Below are positions 31,527-42,297 of a stretch of DNA of 64,000 nt, piece by piece. Position 1 is the first letter of the stretch. Every line of letters starts with the position of its first letter. Position numbers and translations under genes: made by a program. The notes under the pieces are model-generated. The model searched no databases and was not told the DNA's origin. It saw only the letters and a program-made list of their open reading frames with translations. The stretch covers positions 10,554 to 74,553 of the forward strand of contig CAVWLW010000004.1 in the NCBI GenBank assembly GCA_963755715.1. The letters are read 5' to 3'. This DNA is from an uncultured delta proteobacterium (lineage in GTDB: Bacteria; Desulfobacterota; Binatia; UBA9968).

Positions 31527-32195
31527 ATGGCAACGACGCAAAAGCTTAACGCTGAATCCACGACCCCATCGGCTCGGATCAAAAAAATCCTCGCGCGACT
31601 CGAGAAAGTCCATCCCGACGCCAAGCTCGCTCTCGACTTTACCAATCCGCTCGAATTATTGATCGCCTTGATCTTGGCCGCTCAGGCGCGCGACGATCTG
31701 GTGAACAAAATCACCGTCGACTTGTTCAAGACATATCGAAGCGCCGCCGATTACGCCAACGCGCCGCCGGCACTGCTGGAAAAGCAGATCGGCAAGATCA
31801 ACTTTTATCGTAACAAAGCCAAATCGATTCACAACTGCTGTAAAGAGCTGGTCGAGCGCTTCGGCGGCCAAGTCCCGGACAATCTCAACGATCTTGTTTC
31901 CTTGCCAGGCGTGGGGCGCAAGACGGCGAATATCGTTCTCGGCAACGCCTTCGGCCAGCAAACGATCGGCGTCGACACCCACGTCATGCGTCTTTCACAA
32001 CGTTTAGGCTTCACCAAAAAGACCGATCCGGACAAAATCGAAGCCGACCTCACAGAAATCGTGCCGGAAAAACAACGGGTCCGCTTCTGCCATCTCATGC
32101 AGTACCATGGCCGACGAGTGTGCGTCGCCAAAAAGCCAAAGTGTCCGCAGTGCACGATCAACGGCCTGTGTCCATTTCCAGAGAAAACGAAATAA
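31527..32195 (+). CDS. nth: Endonuclease III
   Basis: HhH LPGVGRKTAN, VDTHV, C-x6-C-x2-C-x5-C [4Fe-4S]. Confidence 0.95.
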   Translation: MATTQKLNAESTTPSARIKKILARLEKVHPDAKLALDFTNPLELLIALILAAQARDDLVNKITVDLFKTYRSAADYANAPPALLEKQIGKINFYRNKAKSIHNCCKELVERFGGQVPDNLNDLVSLPGVGRKTANIVLGNAFGQQTIGVDTHVMRLSQRLGFTKKTDPDKIEADLTEIVPEKQRVRFCHLMQYHGRRVCVAKKPKCPQCTINGLCPFPEKTK

Positions 32196-32199
32196 GCTT

Positions 32200-32465
32200 G
32201 CGCGCAATCCGGCGAAGGTTCTTATCGTCGGCGCGTCCGGCAATCTCGGCTTCCATCTTACCCAACATTTGCTGGCGGGACCGCATCGACAGCGTTGGTT
32301 GACGCACAAGCGAGCCGGGCAACCTAGACGATGCGGTTGATGTTTTGACAAACCGGCTCAAGAGAAACGGGACTGGCGAGATCAGCTTGAATAATTTCGA
32401 CGTTAGCGGCGCGCTTTTTCAACCGGGACCGGAAGCGTTTCTGCCGCGCACCAATACCGTTTCTC
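32200..32465 (+). pseudogene. Remnant of an NAD(P)-binding SDR/epimerase gene with an internal inversion
   Basis: Plus strand KVLIVGASGNLG...THKR; minus strand KRAANVEIIQADLASPVSL...RIV*; plus strand again LFQPGPEAFLPRTNTV. Confidence 0.7.
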
Positions 32466-32594
32466 TGTCCGTGCTGCGAATAAGCTGACGCTGCGTGGTT
32501 TTTTATCGGCTTGGCATGGCGTCGCAAAATCATAGTTGTTTCCAGGTGGCGGCCGCTGTACACTACTTCTGCTTAGACTTTTATACAGCGCGTC

Positions 32595-33365
32595 ATGACC
32601 GAACCATTCGAACCTCCCAACCCCGCTCAGCTGATTCGCGAAGTGCGCGGCTTGATCGAGCTGCCGCGCCTGTTGTTGCGCTTTCCAGAACTGGCCAGAC
32701 AGCCGCGCGGCCATGGTGAACCGATCCTGATCTTGCCCGGCTACGGCGCCGGTGATGGCTCCACTATTATACTGAAAGTTTACCTCCGCCTGCTCGGTTA
32801 TCGGGCGCGCGGCTGGGGTCTGGGACGTAACCGCGGCGACGCGGCGGAATTGCTTCCTCGTGTCTTGAAGCGGATCGCGTCTTTCGCGCGCCGCACCGAT
32901 CAGAAAGTTCGCCTGATCGGCTGGAGCTTCGGCGGTTATCTAGCCCGCGAGTTGGCGCGCGAGCGCAGTGATCTCGTCGGCCAAGTCATTACGCTCGGCA
33001 CTCCGGTCATAGGCGGTCCGAAATATACCGTTGTCGCCAAGGCCTTTCTTAGCCGCGGCATCGACATCGAGGCGATTGCCGCCGAAGTCGAAATACGCAA
33101 TCAGATCTCGTTCACCACGCCGGTCGTCGCGATCTATTCGCGCCGTGACGCTATGGTCGCATGGCAGGCGTGTATCGACCACCAGGCGCTCAACGTCGAA
33201 CACGTCGAAGTCCGAACCACGCATTTTGGTTTTGGTTTTTCGCCTGACGTCTACAAAATCATCGCGCAGCGTCTGGCCGTCGGCCAGATGGTCGCGGCCT
33301 GCCCGGTTGAGCCCGCAGTCCGGCCATGGCGATTGTTCGGCTTGAGCCGGCAACCGAAGCGCTAA
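32595..33365 (+). CDS. Alpha/beta hydrolase (esterase/lipase)
   Basis: ILPG oxyanion segment, GWSFGG nucleophile elbow, ITLGTP, D and H of the triad near the C-terminus. Confidence 0.88.
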   Translation: MTEPFEPPNPAQLIREVRGLIELPRLLLRFPELARQPRGHGEPILILPGYGAGDGSTIILKVYLRLLGYRARGWGLGRNRGDAAELLPRVLKRIASFARRTDQKVRLIGWSFGGYLARELARERSDLVGQVITLGTPVIGGPKYTVVAKAFLSRGIDIEAIAAEVEIRNQISFTTPVVAIYSRRDAMVAWQACIDHQALNVEHVEVRTTHFGFGFSPDVYKIIAQRLAVGQMVAACPVEPAVRPWRLFGLSRQPKR

Positions 33366-33395
33366 TCTCCCTCGGCGACTTCGTCGCCCTCTTGA

Positions 33396-33884
33396 ATGGA
33401 AACAACCCTAGTTTTTTGGCTTCTCGCCGTATTGCTCCTTGTAGCCGGCCTGATCGGCCTCTTCCTGCCGGTGCTTCCCGGCGCGCCGCTCATTTTTGCC
33501 GGCCTCGTGATCGCCGCCTGGGCCGAAGACTTTCACTACGCCGGGCTTTGGACGGTCGTCATCCTTGCGATCATCACGCTACTGACTTTAGGCGTCGATT
33601 TTTGGGCGACCATTTTCGGCGCAAAGAAATTCGGCGCTTCCAAGCGAGCCGTTATTGGCGCGCTCATCGGCCTGGTTATCGGTATCTTCCTTGGCTTTCC
33701 CGGCATTATTTTCGGCCCGTTCATCGGCGCCGTGGTAGGCGAACTCTCGGCGCAAAAAAATTTGAAGCAGGCAACCCGCGCCGGTGTCGGCGCGACCATC
33801 GGCCTCGTGCTCGGTGCCGCGATCAAGTTGGCGTTGGCGTTAACGATGATCGGCGTTTTTCTTACAGTGCGCTTTTTATCGTGA
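33396..33884 (+). CDS. DUF456 membrane protein
   Basis: PVLPG.PL, GAKKFGASK, GPFIGAVVGE. Confidence 0.85.
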   Translation: METTLVFWLLAVLLLVAGLIGLFLPVLPGAPLIFAGLVIAAWAEDFHYAGLWTVVILAIITLLTLGVDFWATIFGAKKFGASKRAVIGALIGLVIGIFLGFPGIIFGPFIGAVVGELSAQKNLKQATRAGVGATIGLVLGAAIKLALALTMIGVFLTVRFLS

Positions 33885-33984
33885 ACCGCGAGTGTTAAGA
33901 TCGCGCCGGCTTAAATCGAGGTGTATTTGAAGGCCATTGCCATTCAAATTGGTTGATGAAGTCTGTTCGCTACCGAGGCTTGCA

Positions 33985-34905
33985 ATGAAAACGATCGCGA
34001 TTTTATTTTTAACTCTGTTGCTTCACGGCCAAGCATGGGCTCTCACCATCGCGACAGGCTCCGCCGAAGGAACTTACTTCCAGATCGCTCAGGACATCAA
34101 GCAAATTACCGAGCGCGAAGGCATCCCGATCGAAGTCATTCCGACCAACGGCTCCTTCGACAACATCAATCTATTGGGCGCCGGGAAAGTCGATCTCGCG
34201 ATCATGCAACTGGACGTGTTGCGGTTCGTCACCGAGATCATGCTCAAAGAAACCGGCGTGAACGTGCTGCAAGAGGCGCGAGTGGTTCTCAACCTCTATC
34301 CGGAGGAGATCCACATCATCACCAAGAATGATAAAATCAAAACGGTGCAAGATCTCCAAGGTAAGAAAGTCGGCGTTGGGCCGGAGAAAAGCGGCTCGGC
34401 GCTGACCGCGGAAGTTTTGCTCGCCGGATTCGAACTCAAGGTCGAGCGCGTCTTCGATGCGCCTGACGCCGCCCTCAAGAAGCTCGGCACCGGCGATCTC
34501 GACGCGCTGATCTTTATCGGTGGCGCCCCCGTCCCGGCGTTTCGCAATCTCGACCGGAGCTTTCGCTTCGTGGCATTTCCACCCGACAGCGGTTTGGAAC
34601 AAATCTATATGAAGAAAAAGATCGAAAGCTCAGTTTATCCTTGGGCCGGCGCCATCGAGACCTACGCCGTGCCGTCGGTGATCATGACGAGAAACCGCAA
34701 TGATCGTGACTTTGCCGCGAATTTGCAAAAACTGGTGCTGTCCATTTTGATAAATAAAGAAAAGCTCGATTCCTCTGGTCATCCCAAGTGGAAGGATTCC
34801 TACATTCGCTCCACCCTGGGCGACGTAGGCTTTCGGCCGACCACCGATGTCATTCAACTCTACAACAATCTCGACAGCATGGGCTATCGAATCATTAAGA
34901 AGTAA
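33985..34905 (+). CDS. TAXI-family TRAP solute-binding protein (no adjacent permease)
   Basis: Signal peptide, IATGS..GTY, TNGS.DN, LYPEEIH, G...SGS. Confidence 0.85.
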   Translation: MKTIAILFLTLLLHGQAWALTIATGSAEGTYFQIAQDIKQITEREGIPIEVIPTNGSFDNINLLGAGKVDLAIMQLDVLRFVTEIMLKETGVNVLQEARVVLNLYPEEIHIITKNDKIKTVQDLQGKKVGVGPEKSGSALTAEVLLAGFELKVERVFDAPDAALKKLGTGDLDALIFIGGAPVPAFRNLDRSFRFVAFPPDSGLEQIYMKKKIESSVYPWAGAIETYAVPSVIMTRNRNDRDFAANLQKLVLSILINKEKLDSSGHPKWKDSYIRSTLGDVGFRPTTDVIQLYNNLDSMGYRIIKK

Positions 34906-34930
34906 GTTGGCGAAATCGCCGGAGTTCGCG

Positions 34931-35293
34931 CTATTCGTCCCGGTGCACCGTCGACGGAAGGAACGCCGGCAAGCACACTGCTATGTATTCAGCGCCCTCG
35001 GCGGCGGGGGTAGAGTAGCACACCCATTCGCCGGCATTGACGACGACCGTTTGCCCGGCGCCGACCTTGAGAATCGAGCTGCGAGTTTCAACCTGAAGCT
35101 CGCCTTTTAAGACGATCGTATACTCATCGAACTCGGGAGTCTGTCCGGGCTCGCGCCACCCCGAAGGACTGATCATCTTGGCGATGCTCAACGCGGCAGT
35201 TTGTGAATTCACTCGGCCGAAAAACTCCTCAATAATCTTGGGCGGCCGACCTGCCGCAGGAACTACAGTCGGCTTTGCGATCAGTCTTGGCAT
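34931..35293 (-). CDS. Cupin domain protein
   Basis: EPGQTPEFDEYTIVLKG, AGQ, YIAVCLPAF. Confidence 0.8.
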   Translation of the reverse strand: MPRLIAKPTVVPAAGRPPKIIEEFFGRVNSQTAALSIAKMISPSGWREPGQTPEFDEYTIVLKGELQVETRSSILKVGAGQTVVVNAGEWVCYSTPAAEGAEYIAVCLPAFLPSTVHRDE

Positions 35294-35310
35294 ATGAAAA
35301 TTACGAACGG

Positions 35311-35703
35311 CTACTCTGCTCGGGTCGTCAGCTCGATTTTGTAGCCGTTGGGATCTTCGAGAAAGGCAATTGCGTTGCTGTTGCTCCCGTGCTTCATCGG
35401 ACCCGGCTCGCGCACGATCTTCACGCCTTTGGCGCGAAACTCTTCGCAGGCTTTGTAAACATCCGGCACGCCAAGCGCGATATGACCGAACCCATTGCCG
35501 ATATCATAGGAGTGCGTGTCCCAGTTGTAGGTCAGCTCGATGACCGCATCGGTCTCTTCCGAACCATAGCCGACGAAGACATTGGTAAAGCGGCCGGACT
35601 CGTATTCTCTTTTTTTCAGCAGCTTCATCCCGAGGCCATCGCAATAAAATTTCAAACTTTCATCGAGATCATTTACCCGGATCATCGTATGGACGATTTT
35701 CAT
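35311..35703 (-). CDS. gloA: Lactoylglutathione lyase (glyoxalase I)
   Basis: HTMIRV, IELTYNW, FGHIA, DPNGYKIE. Confidence 0.93.
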   Translation of the reverse strand: MKIVHTMIRVNDLDESLKFYCDGLGMKLLKKREYESGRFTNVFVGYGSEETDAVIELTYNWDTHSYDIGNGFGHIALGVPDVYKACEEFRAKGVKIVREPGPMKHGSNSNAIAFLEDPNGYKIELTTRAE

Positions 35704-35767
35704 AAGTATTTCTCCCTCTTGATCGAATGTTCAGCGTCGTTGATCACCGCAACGGCAACGACAGATT

Positions 35768-36748
35768 CTAGCTCATTGCCTTGGCAAAGCCGCGGATCGT
35801 CTCTTCTCTGCTCCCCCCCGGCGGGCTGTAGGGGATAATCGCAATCTGTTGGATGCCGGTTTTCTGGATGCGCGCGATTTGCGCGCGGCATTGATCGACC
35901 GTTCCGGCGATGGCGAACTTGTCGACCAGCCAATCGGGGATCACTTCAGCGTGGTTCGCCTGCTGGTCCATGTGATGGTAATAGTCGTAGGTCTTGCGAA
36001 TCTCTTCGAGAACTTTCTGCTCGTTTGGATCGAGCACGTAGGGCAGCGGATGCGCGACGACGCGGGCGACGTGGGCTTTCACCGCGTCCTTCGCCGGCGC
36101 CGTATCGGAAACCGCGCACGGCACCCAGAGCACCAAATTGATATCTGCCAACCTACGGCCAGCAGCTTTCGCTCCCACGGCGATCTTGTCTTTGGCGTGC
36201 GCGATGTACTCGTCAGCGACTCCGACCAAAACAATGATCCCGTCGGCGATGCGGCCCGATAATTCCAGCATCTTCGGCCCGCTGGCCGCGATATAGATCG
36301 GCACTTTGTTTTTACACGGATGAAGCAGGTGAATTTTCCCGCTCGGCAGTTGCGCCTCTTTGCCGGCGAAGAGCTCGCGCATTTGCTCCAATGATTTTTC
36401 GAAATTCGCCAGCGTCGACGGTTTCAAGCCCATGGTTTCGACCGAGCTATCGCCCAAGCCGATGCCGACGATCATGCGACCCGGCGCATATTCTTCCAGC
36501 GTCGCGTAGGCGCTGGCGAGCACTGAGGGATGGCGCGTAAGAGGATTCGTCACGCCGGTGCCAAGCTTCACCTTCGTCGTATTGAGCATCATCGCTGTCA
36601 TGTTGACGTAGGCTTCGCGCCAGATGAGATGCGAGTCGCCGACCCAGATATGCGTAAAGCCGGCCTCTTCGCTCACCTTGGCTAGGTGGATCATTTTCTG
36701 TAGCGGTTCAGTGGGAAAGAGCCCTACGCCGAATTCAAAGGTGCTCAA
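35768..36748 (-). CDS. LLM-class (Mer-like) flavin/F420-dependent oxidoreductase
   Basis: GVTNPLTRHP, GIGLGDS, IYIAASGPKMLELSGRIADG. Confidence 0.88.
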   Translation of the reverse strand: MSTFEFGVGLFPTEPLQKMIHLAKVSEEAGFTHIWVGDSHLIWREAYVNMTAMMLNTTKVKLGTGVTNPLTRHPSVLASAYATLEEYAPGRMIVGIGLGDSSVETMGLKPSTLANFEKSLEQMRELFAGKEAQLPSGKIHLLHPCKNKVPIYIAASGPKMLELSGRIADGIIVLVGVADEYIAHAKDKIAVGAKAAGRRLADINLVLWVPCAVSDTAPAKDAVKAHVARVVAHPLPYVLDPNEQKVLEEIRKTYDYYHHMDQQANHAEVIPDWLVDKFAIAGTVDQCRAQIARIQKTGIQQIAIIPYSPPGGSREETIRGFAKAMS

Positions 36749-36761
36749 TTTCGATTCTCCT

Positions 36762-37934
36762 TCAACAACAAGATTCGCTCGCGCCGCGTTCGGGCGGCGG
36801 CGTCTGCTGGCTGCGTCCCGCCACGCGCACGATGCCGTCGATGATCACGTAGGAAATGCCCGGCAAGTCGCCTTTGGCGAAAGAATCCAGCGCGTCTTTC
36901 GCCACTGAACCGGTGATCTTGTGCATCAAGACGAGATCCGCCGGCCGACCTTCTTCCAGTATGCCAAGATTCAGATCATGGGCACGCCCTACGTTGCCCG
37001 TCGCCATACAAATCGTTTTCTCTGGAGCTATTTCACCGACGGAAGAAATGAAAGCGATCTCACGCAAGATACCGCGCGGCACGATACCCGTTCCGCCCGG
37101 CGTATCCGTACCGATGAGGACGCGATGATGTAAATTTTTCGCGCTGACCGTCCGGGCAAGAAGCAAAGCCAAGCGATAATTTCCCGAGGTGCAGATCTCC
37201 ATAAAACATTCAGTCTCGTTGGCGATCCGAATCATGTCTTCTTCCGGCATCGGGATCGGTCCGCCGGTGATGTGGCCGATGATGTCGGGCTTGATTTTCT
37301 GCACCATCTCGAACCCCGCCACTTGGCTGACACCCGAGCGCGACACGCCGCCGGAATGAATTTTGACTTTGATCCCGCGCGCGTGCGCCCAGTTGACGTA
37401 ACGCTCAGCTTCGCCGTTGGGCAGCAGGCTGTAATCGTAGAAGATGAATTTGACCAACTTGATTCCGAGAGCATGAATCTCGTCAAAATCCTTTTCCGTC
37501 AGTCCAGGCACCAAAAGCAAAGTTCCGGCGTGAACCTTCACACCCGATGGGCGCAGGTTGTCGTAGCAACGCTTTGTGACAATCGCCACCGACAGTGCCG
37601 TGCGTGCGTCCGGCGGCAACGGCAATCCGGGTAAATGCAACTCGCCGGCGGAAATCAGCGACGTCACGCCACCATGCATGTAATTCGTAATCCAGCCCAG
37701 CGAGTTTTGCGCCGGCGTATATTCACCGATCGACGGATGCGAGTGCGAATCGATCAGGCCGGGGATCGCGGTGATGCCGTTGGCATCGACGGTCTGATCG
37801 GCAGATTGATGCAGATTATTGCCGATCGCTTGAACGATCCCGTCTCTGATGAAAATGGAATTGGCTTGCCTGAGCGGGTTTTCCAGTTTCCCAGTGACCA
37901 ATGTGCCGATGTTTTTAATCAGGATGGAAGACAT
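36762..37934 (-). CDS. Enamidase-like amidohydrolase
   Basis: PGLIDSHSH, HGGVTSLISAGE, HSGG, HITGG, GTDTPGGTG..P.G, SQQTPP; closely resembles Eubacterium barkeri enamidase as recalled. Confidence 0.8.
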   Translation of the reverse strand: MSSILIKNIGTLVTGKLENPLRQANSIFIRDGIVQAIGNNLHQSADQTVDANGITAIPGLIDSHSHPSIGEYTPAQNSLGWITNYMHGGVTSLISAGELHLPGLPLPPDARTALSVAIVTKRCYDNLRPSGVKVHAGTLLLVPGLTEKDFDEIHALGIKLVKFIFYDYSLLPNGEAERYVNWAHARGIKVKIHSGGVSRSGVSQVAGFEMVQKIKPDIIGHITGGPIPMPEEDMIRIANETECFMEICTSGNYRLALLLARTVSAKNLHHRVLIGTDTPGGTGIVPRGILREIAFISSVGEIAPEKTICMATGNVGRAHDLNLGILEEGRPADLVLMHKITGSVAKDALDSFAKGDLPGISYVIIDGIVRVAGRSQQTPPPERGASESCC

Positions 37935-38034
37935 GAGCGGACTATAGCAAAGCCTCGCTAGCAGAAAAAGCGCGGCGATTTATAGCAGCCTGAAACTCGA
38001 ATACTCGCCGAAAAATGATACCGTAACTCCTAGG

Positions 38035-38829
38035 ATGCGCCATTTGATTTGGAACGTAGATCCGGCAATTTTCATTCTCGGCCCAATCGAAATTCGCTGG
38101 TACGGGCTCTTCTTCGCGCTTGGATTTTTCATCGGTTTTCAAATCATGGCGCAGTTTTACCGCCGGGAACAGCGGGAACTCGAAAATTTATCCGAGCTCT
38201 GTCTGTATCTGATGCTCGGTACGATCATCGGCGCGAGGCTCGGTCACGTCTTGCTTTATCAGCCTGACTATTTCCTGTCGCACCCCTGGGAAATTCCCAT
38301 GATTTGGCAAGGCGGACTGGCGAGCCACGGCGGTTTCGCCGGTGTCCTGATCTCACTCTATCTCTATCTCAAAAAGCACCGCGACATGAGCTTCATCGAG
38401 CTTGCCGACCGTCTCGCGATACCTTGCCTGCTGGCGGCGGCGTTGATCCGCGTCGGTAATTTTTTTAATTCGGAGATTCTCGGCGTCCCATCAAACCTGC
38501 CATGGGCCGTCGTATTCGCCCGCGTTGACAACATTCCGCGACATCCGGCAATGCTCTACGAGGCGGCCGTGTACTTTGTCGTTTTTTGCGTGCTGTTCGT
38601 CGCCTATTGGAAGACCGCGATTATTCAATTTCCCGGCAGAGTCTTCGGCACGACCCTAGCGACCTGCTTTCTGGCCCGTTTCATGATTGAATTCGTCAAA
38701 GAAAATCAGGTGCCATTCGAGAACCGTATGCCTTTGAACATGGGGCAACTGATGAGCATTCCTTTTATCCTGACCGGGGTGTATCTCATCTATGCTTCAC
38801 GAAGAATGCCGCGAGCAGCTGAACGATGA
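38035..38829 (+). CDS. lgt: Prolipoprotein diacylglyceryl transferase
   Basis: IRWYG, GARLGH, GGLASHGG, RVGNFFNSE, RHPAMLYE, RFMIEF. Confidence 0.93.
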   Translation: MRHLIWNVDPAIFILGPIEIRWYGLFFALGFFIGFQIMAQFYRREQRELENLSELCLYLMLGTIIGARLGHVLLYQPDYFLSHPWEIPMIWQGGLASHGGFAGVLISLYLYLKKHRDMSFIELADRLAIPCLLAAALIRVGNFFNSEILGVPSNLPWAVVFARVDNIPRHPAMLYEAAVYFVVFCVLFVAYWKTAIIQFPGRVFGTTLATCFLARFMIEFVKENQVPFENRMPLNMGQLMSIPFILTGVYLIYASRRMPRAAER

Positions 38830-38904
38830 GATTCCGCCAAGACGCCGAAGGTTAAAATATTTCGGCGACGAATCGAGGTTTGGGTAGCTAAACAGGAAAC
38901 TTTG

Positions 38905-39528
38905 TTAAATGCCTTGTTCGGTTCCTGAATGGCCGCACGAGACGTTTTCCGGCCAGAGGAGCTCTTTGTACGAGCCGATGGCAGCCTGCAACGTCCCAAT
39001 GATAATCACCGCGGCGATCAGCAGGGCAAACAACGAATCAAAAACAACATTTCCCGAAACAAAGATCAAGATTCCCGCTGCCACCGGAATAAGCGAAACC
39101 AAAGTGTCGCCCAGGTTGTGAACATAGGCGAGACGAATCGCGGCGTCCTCTGTACTCGACTCACGAAGCACTCGAGCAACGCCCCAGTTGGCCAATGCAC
39201 CGATTAAACCTGCAACAATCGGGACCATGCCCGGCACTTGCACCGGCGATGCCAGACGCTCGACGACGCGCCAGACAAGAAATGCGCAAATGGCCAGCAG
39301 TCCGATCGAGTTGAACAGGTTAGCGTAGCGTAAAAGTTTACCGGAAAGACCCGCTCTTAGGCTGTAAGCCAACACCAAAAGCACAAGTGCGACCTCGTCG
39401 GAAAGATTGTGGACACCGTCCATGATCAGGCTGAAGCTGTTAGAGCCAATCCCCGCAGCGATCTCTACGACTAGGACGGCTGTGTTGAGCTGCAACGCAC
39501 GGACAAGGGGAGGACGACGATGCGACAT
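38905..39528 (-). CDS. Short CDF metal efflux protein (TM domain only)
   Basis: DGVHNLSD and HNLGD (HD-HD site); 207 aa with no C-terminal dimerisation domain. Confidence 0.8.
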   Translation of the reverse strand: MSHRRPPLVRALQLNTAVLVVEIAAGIGSNSFSLIMDGVHNLSDEVALVLLVLAYSLRAGLSGKLLRYANLFNSIGLLAICAFLVWRVVERLASPVQVPGMVPIVAGLIGALANWGVARVLRESSTEDAAIRLAYVHNLGDTLVSLIPVAAGILIFVSGNVVFDSLFALLIAAVIIIGTLQAAIGSYKELLWPENVSCGHSGTEQGI

Positions 39529-39571
39529 GTAAATCTTTCCTATGAGTCTTGTTCGATTTTAAATTTTTTGC

Positions 39572-42278
39572 TTACTTAGGCTGCGGCCCCAAGACGACCT
39601 GCGCCAAATCGTCGACCTTCAGCCATTTCGCAAACGCCGCTTGGATATCCGCGGCTGTGAACGCCGCGTAGCGTTTGGCCGCGGTGATGGGCTCGTCCAG
39701 CGGTAGATCGCGCGTCGAGCGATCGAGTAAGCCGCCGGCAATGCCCTGGGTGCTCGATTCACTGAGCGGTATGGCGCGCAACAGCAAAATTTTCGCTTGA
39801 TCGAGCTCGGCCGCCGTAACTGGTTTGGTTTGCATGATGCGCAAATTGCGCTCGATGAGCGACCTCGCTTTGGCCACGTTCGGCGGATCGCAGGCATAGG
39901 ACACGGCAAACACGGAACGGGTCTTGCCGGATTGTAAGTGGGCGTCAATAGAATATACGAGACCGCTTTTTTCCCGTAGATCCTGATAGAGCCGGCTGGC
40001 GTAAAAGCCGCCGGACAAAACCTGCAGGCCGACCTGAAGCGCGTAGTAGTCGTCGTCTTGACGCTTGAGCTCGAAGGTCTGGCCAAGTCTGACCTCATCT
40101 TGAACACGGCTTCGATCCGGGACGACGGTGACGCTTCGCCTTATTGCGCGGCACCGGCGGCAAGTCCGTTTCAGGTTTCGGACCCGTGGCCTGCCACGAA
40201 GCAAAATATTTTTCGATAACGGCGCGCGCATGCTCCGGTGTCACTTTGCCGATGACGACGATGGTGGTCAGGTCGGGCCTGAACGCTTTCTCATGATAGC
40301 TACGCACGTCTTCGAGCGTGAGCGCTCCGATTGTATCGGGCGTCGCCTCACGCAGAGTCGGATCCTTCTCGGGATAAATGGCTTTTAGAAAGGTGCGTCC
40401 TGAGCGGTAAACCGGACTTTGCAGTTGACCCGCCACCGCTTGAGCGGTGCGTTGCTGCACGGCTTTGAAGGCCGCTTCCGGCAGCGCGGGATGCAATAAG
40501 TTATCCGCAAGCAACTCCACGCCGCGCGCAAAACCGTCCGGCAGGACCTCGAGGGAAAAGCTGGTTCCCGCCTGCGCGTTGGCGCCGATCTCGTCGAGGG
40601 CTTCCTGGAAAGCGATGCGATCGAGCTTCGTCGAGCCGTAAGCGAACAGATCGTTGAGAATCTGGTCGGCTCCCTCTTTACCGGCCGGCACCTGGAGCTC
40701 AGCGCGATTTTTTACCCGGCCGTACACGCCGACGGTGTCGCTGATGGTTTCCGGTTGAATGATCAGACGCAATCCGTTGGGCAGCACGGTAACGCTTGGG
40801 TTGACGGTGGACGTCGGCACGGCCAATGGCGAAAGCGCTTTTTTCGCCCAAGCCGGCAGCGGCACTGCTTTCGTCTGCTTCGGCGCAAAAGATTCGCCGC
40901 CGGAGCGCGGCCCTTCGGAGGCCACGGCCTCGCCCGATTCGTGTGGCGTCATAATCACCGTAACCGCGCTGTCGTTGATGAGGTATTTTTTCGCCACCCG
41001 ATTCACATCGGCGACCGTGACCTTTTTGATCGCTTCGATGTCGTCGTCGATAGAAGTGCGTCCCTGGACGCTCAACGCTTGCGACCATTCAGCGGCCAAT
41101 CCGGCAATCGAGTTTCGGCGAAATTCCGCTTCCGCCACCTCGCGGCGCTTGGTCGCTTCGACTAAATCGGCGCTAACGCCTTTGTCGACATAGCCGGCGA
41201 TGATGGCTTTCATTTGGGTAACCAGGGCGGCGCTGTCTTGGCCGCGAGGGAATGCTGCGTTCGCGTAGCCGAATCCGGCCATGGGCAATGCCGTGCCGTC
41301 AAAACCGCCGGATAGAGCTTTGCCTTCGGCGGCGAGAGCGTAAAGTTCGCCGCGGCGGCTGTCGAGAGCATCGGCCAGCACCACACCGGCGGCATAATCG
41401 GGATCGTTGAATCCCGGCAATCGATAAGCCACCGCAACCAAACCGTAGGGCAGATCCGAATCGACCTCGATGGTCGCAGGTTTTAGCGGCTGCAGCGCGA
41501 TTTTTGGCCGCGCCGGCACAGTGCGGGCCGGAATCGATTCAAACAACTGCTTGACCGTTGCCAGCGCGGCGTCGGGATTGACGTCGCCGACGATCACTAA
41601 GATCGCATTGTTCGGCGCATACCACTTGCGGTGAAAATCCTTGAGCATCGCCCCGGTGGTTTTTTGAAACGACGGCCGAGTGCCCAGCGCGTCGTGTTCG
41701 TAGGGCGTACCGGCAAACATTTGCGCCAGCAAACGCGAGTAAAACAAATACTGTGGGTTGGAATAATCCTGCGCCACCTCCTGCTCGATGGCGCCCCGCT
41801 CTTGGCGCCACAGCGCGTCGGTGGCGAGGACGTCGCGCATGCGCACCGCCTCGATGCGCAGCGCGGTTTCGAGATCGCCGGTTGGCACGGTGAAAAAATA
41901 TTGCGTGACGATTTGTTGGGTGTTTGCATTGAAATTGCCGCCCATGGCCGCAATCAGACTGGAAAGCTGTGCGGACGAAAGTCCGGGGCTGCCGCGAAAC
42001 ATCATATGCTCCAACGCGTGGGCCATGCCGGGAAAGCCGTTAGGAGCTTCGTTGGAACCGACTAAGTAGTTGATCTGCGTCGTCACCACGGGCGCGAGAG
42101 AGTTGCGTACGATGACGACACGCAAGCCGTTTTTCAGCGTCGCGCGGGTGATTTCCGATTCGGTGGCCGCTTGGGCGCCGACAGTTGCACCGCCTACGAC
42201 AACGCTCACAATGACCCACGCCGCCATCCACGCGAAAACCCTTCTCTGTCCAATTTGTTTCAAATCGTGCGCCTCCAT
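39572..42278 (-). CDS. Secreted M16 (pitrilysin-family) zinc peptidase, frameshifted at about 40135
   Basis: Signal peptide, LKNGLRV, HALEHMMFRG, second half LPNGL..., SRLYQDLREKSGLVY. Confidence 0.88.
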
Positions 42279-42297
42279 AAGTCGAAATGAATTTCCT

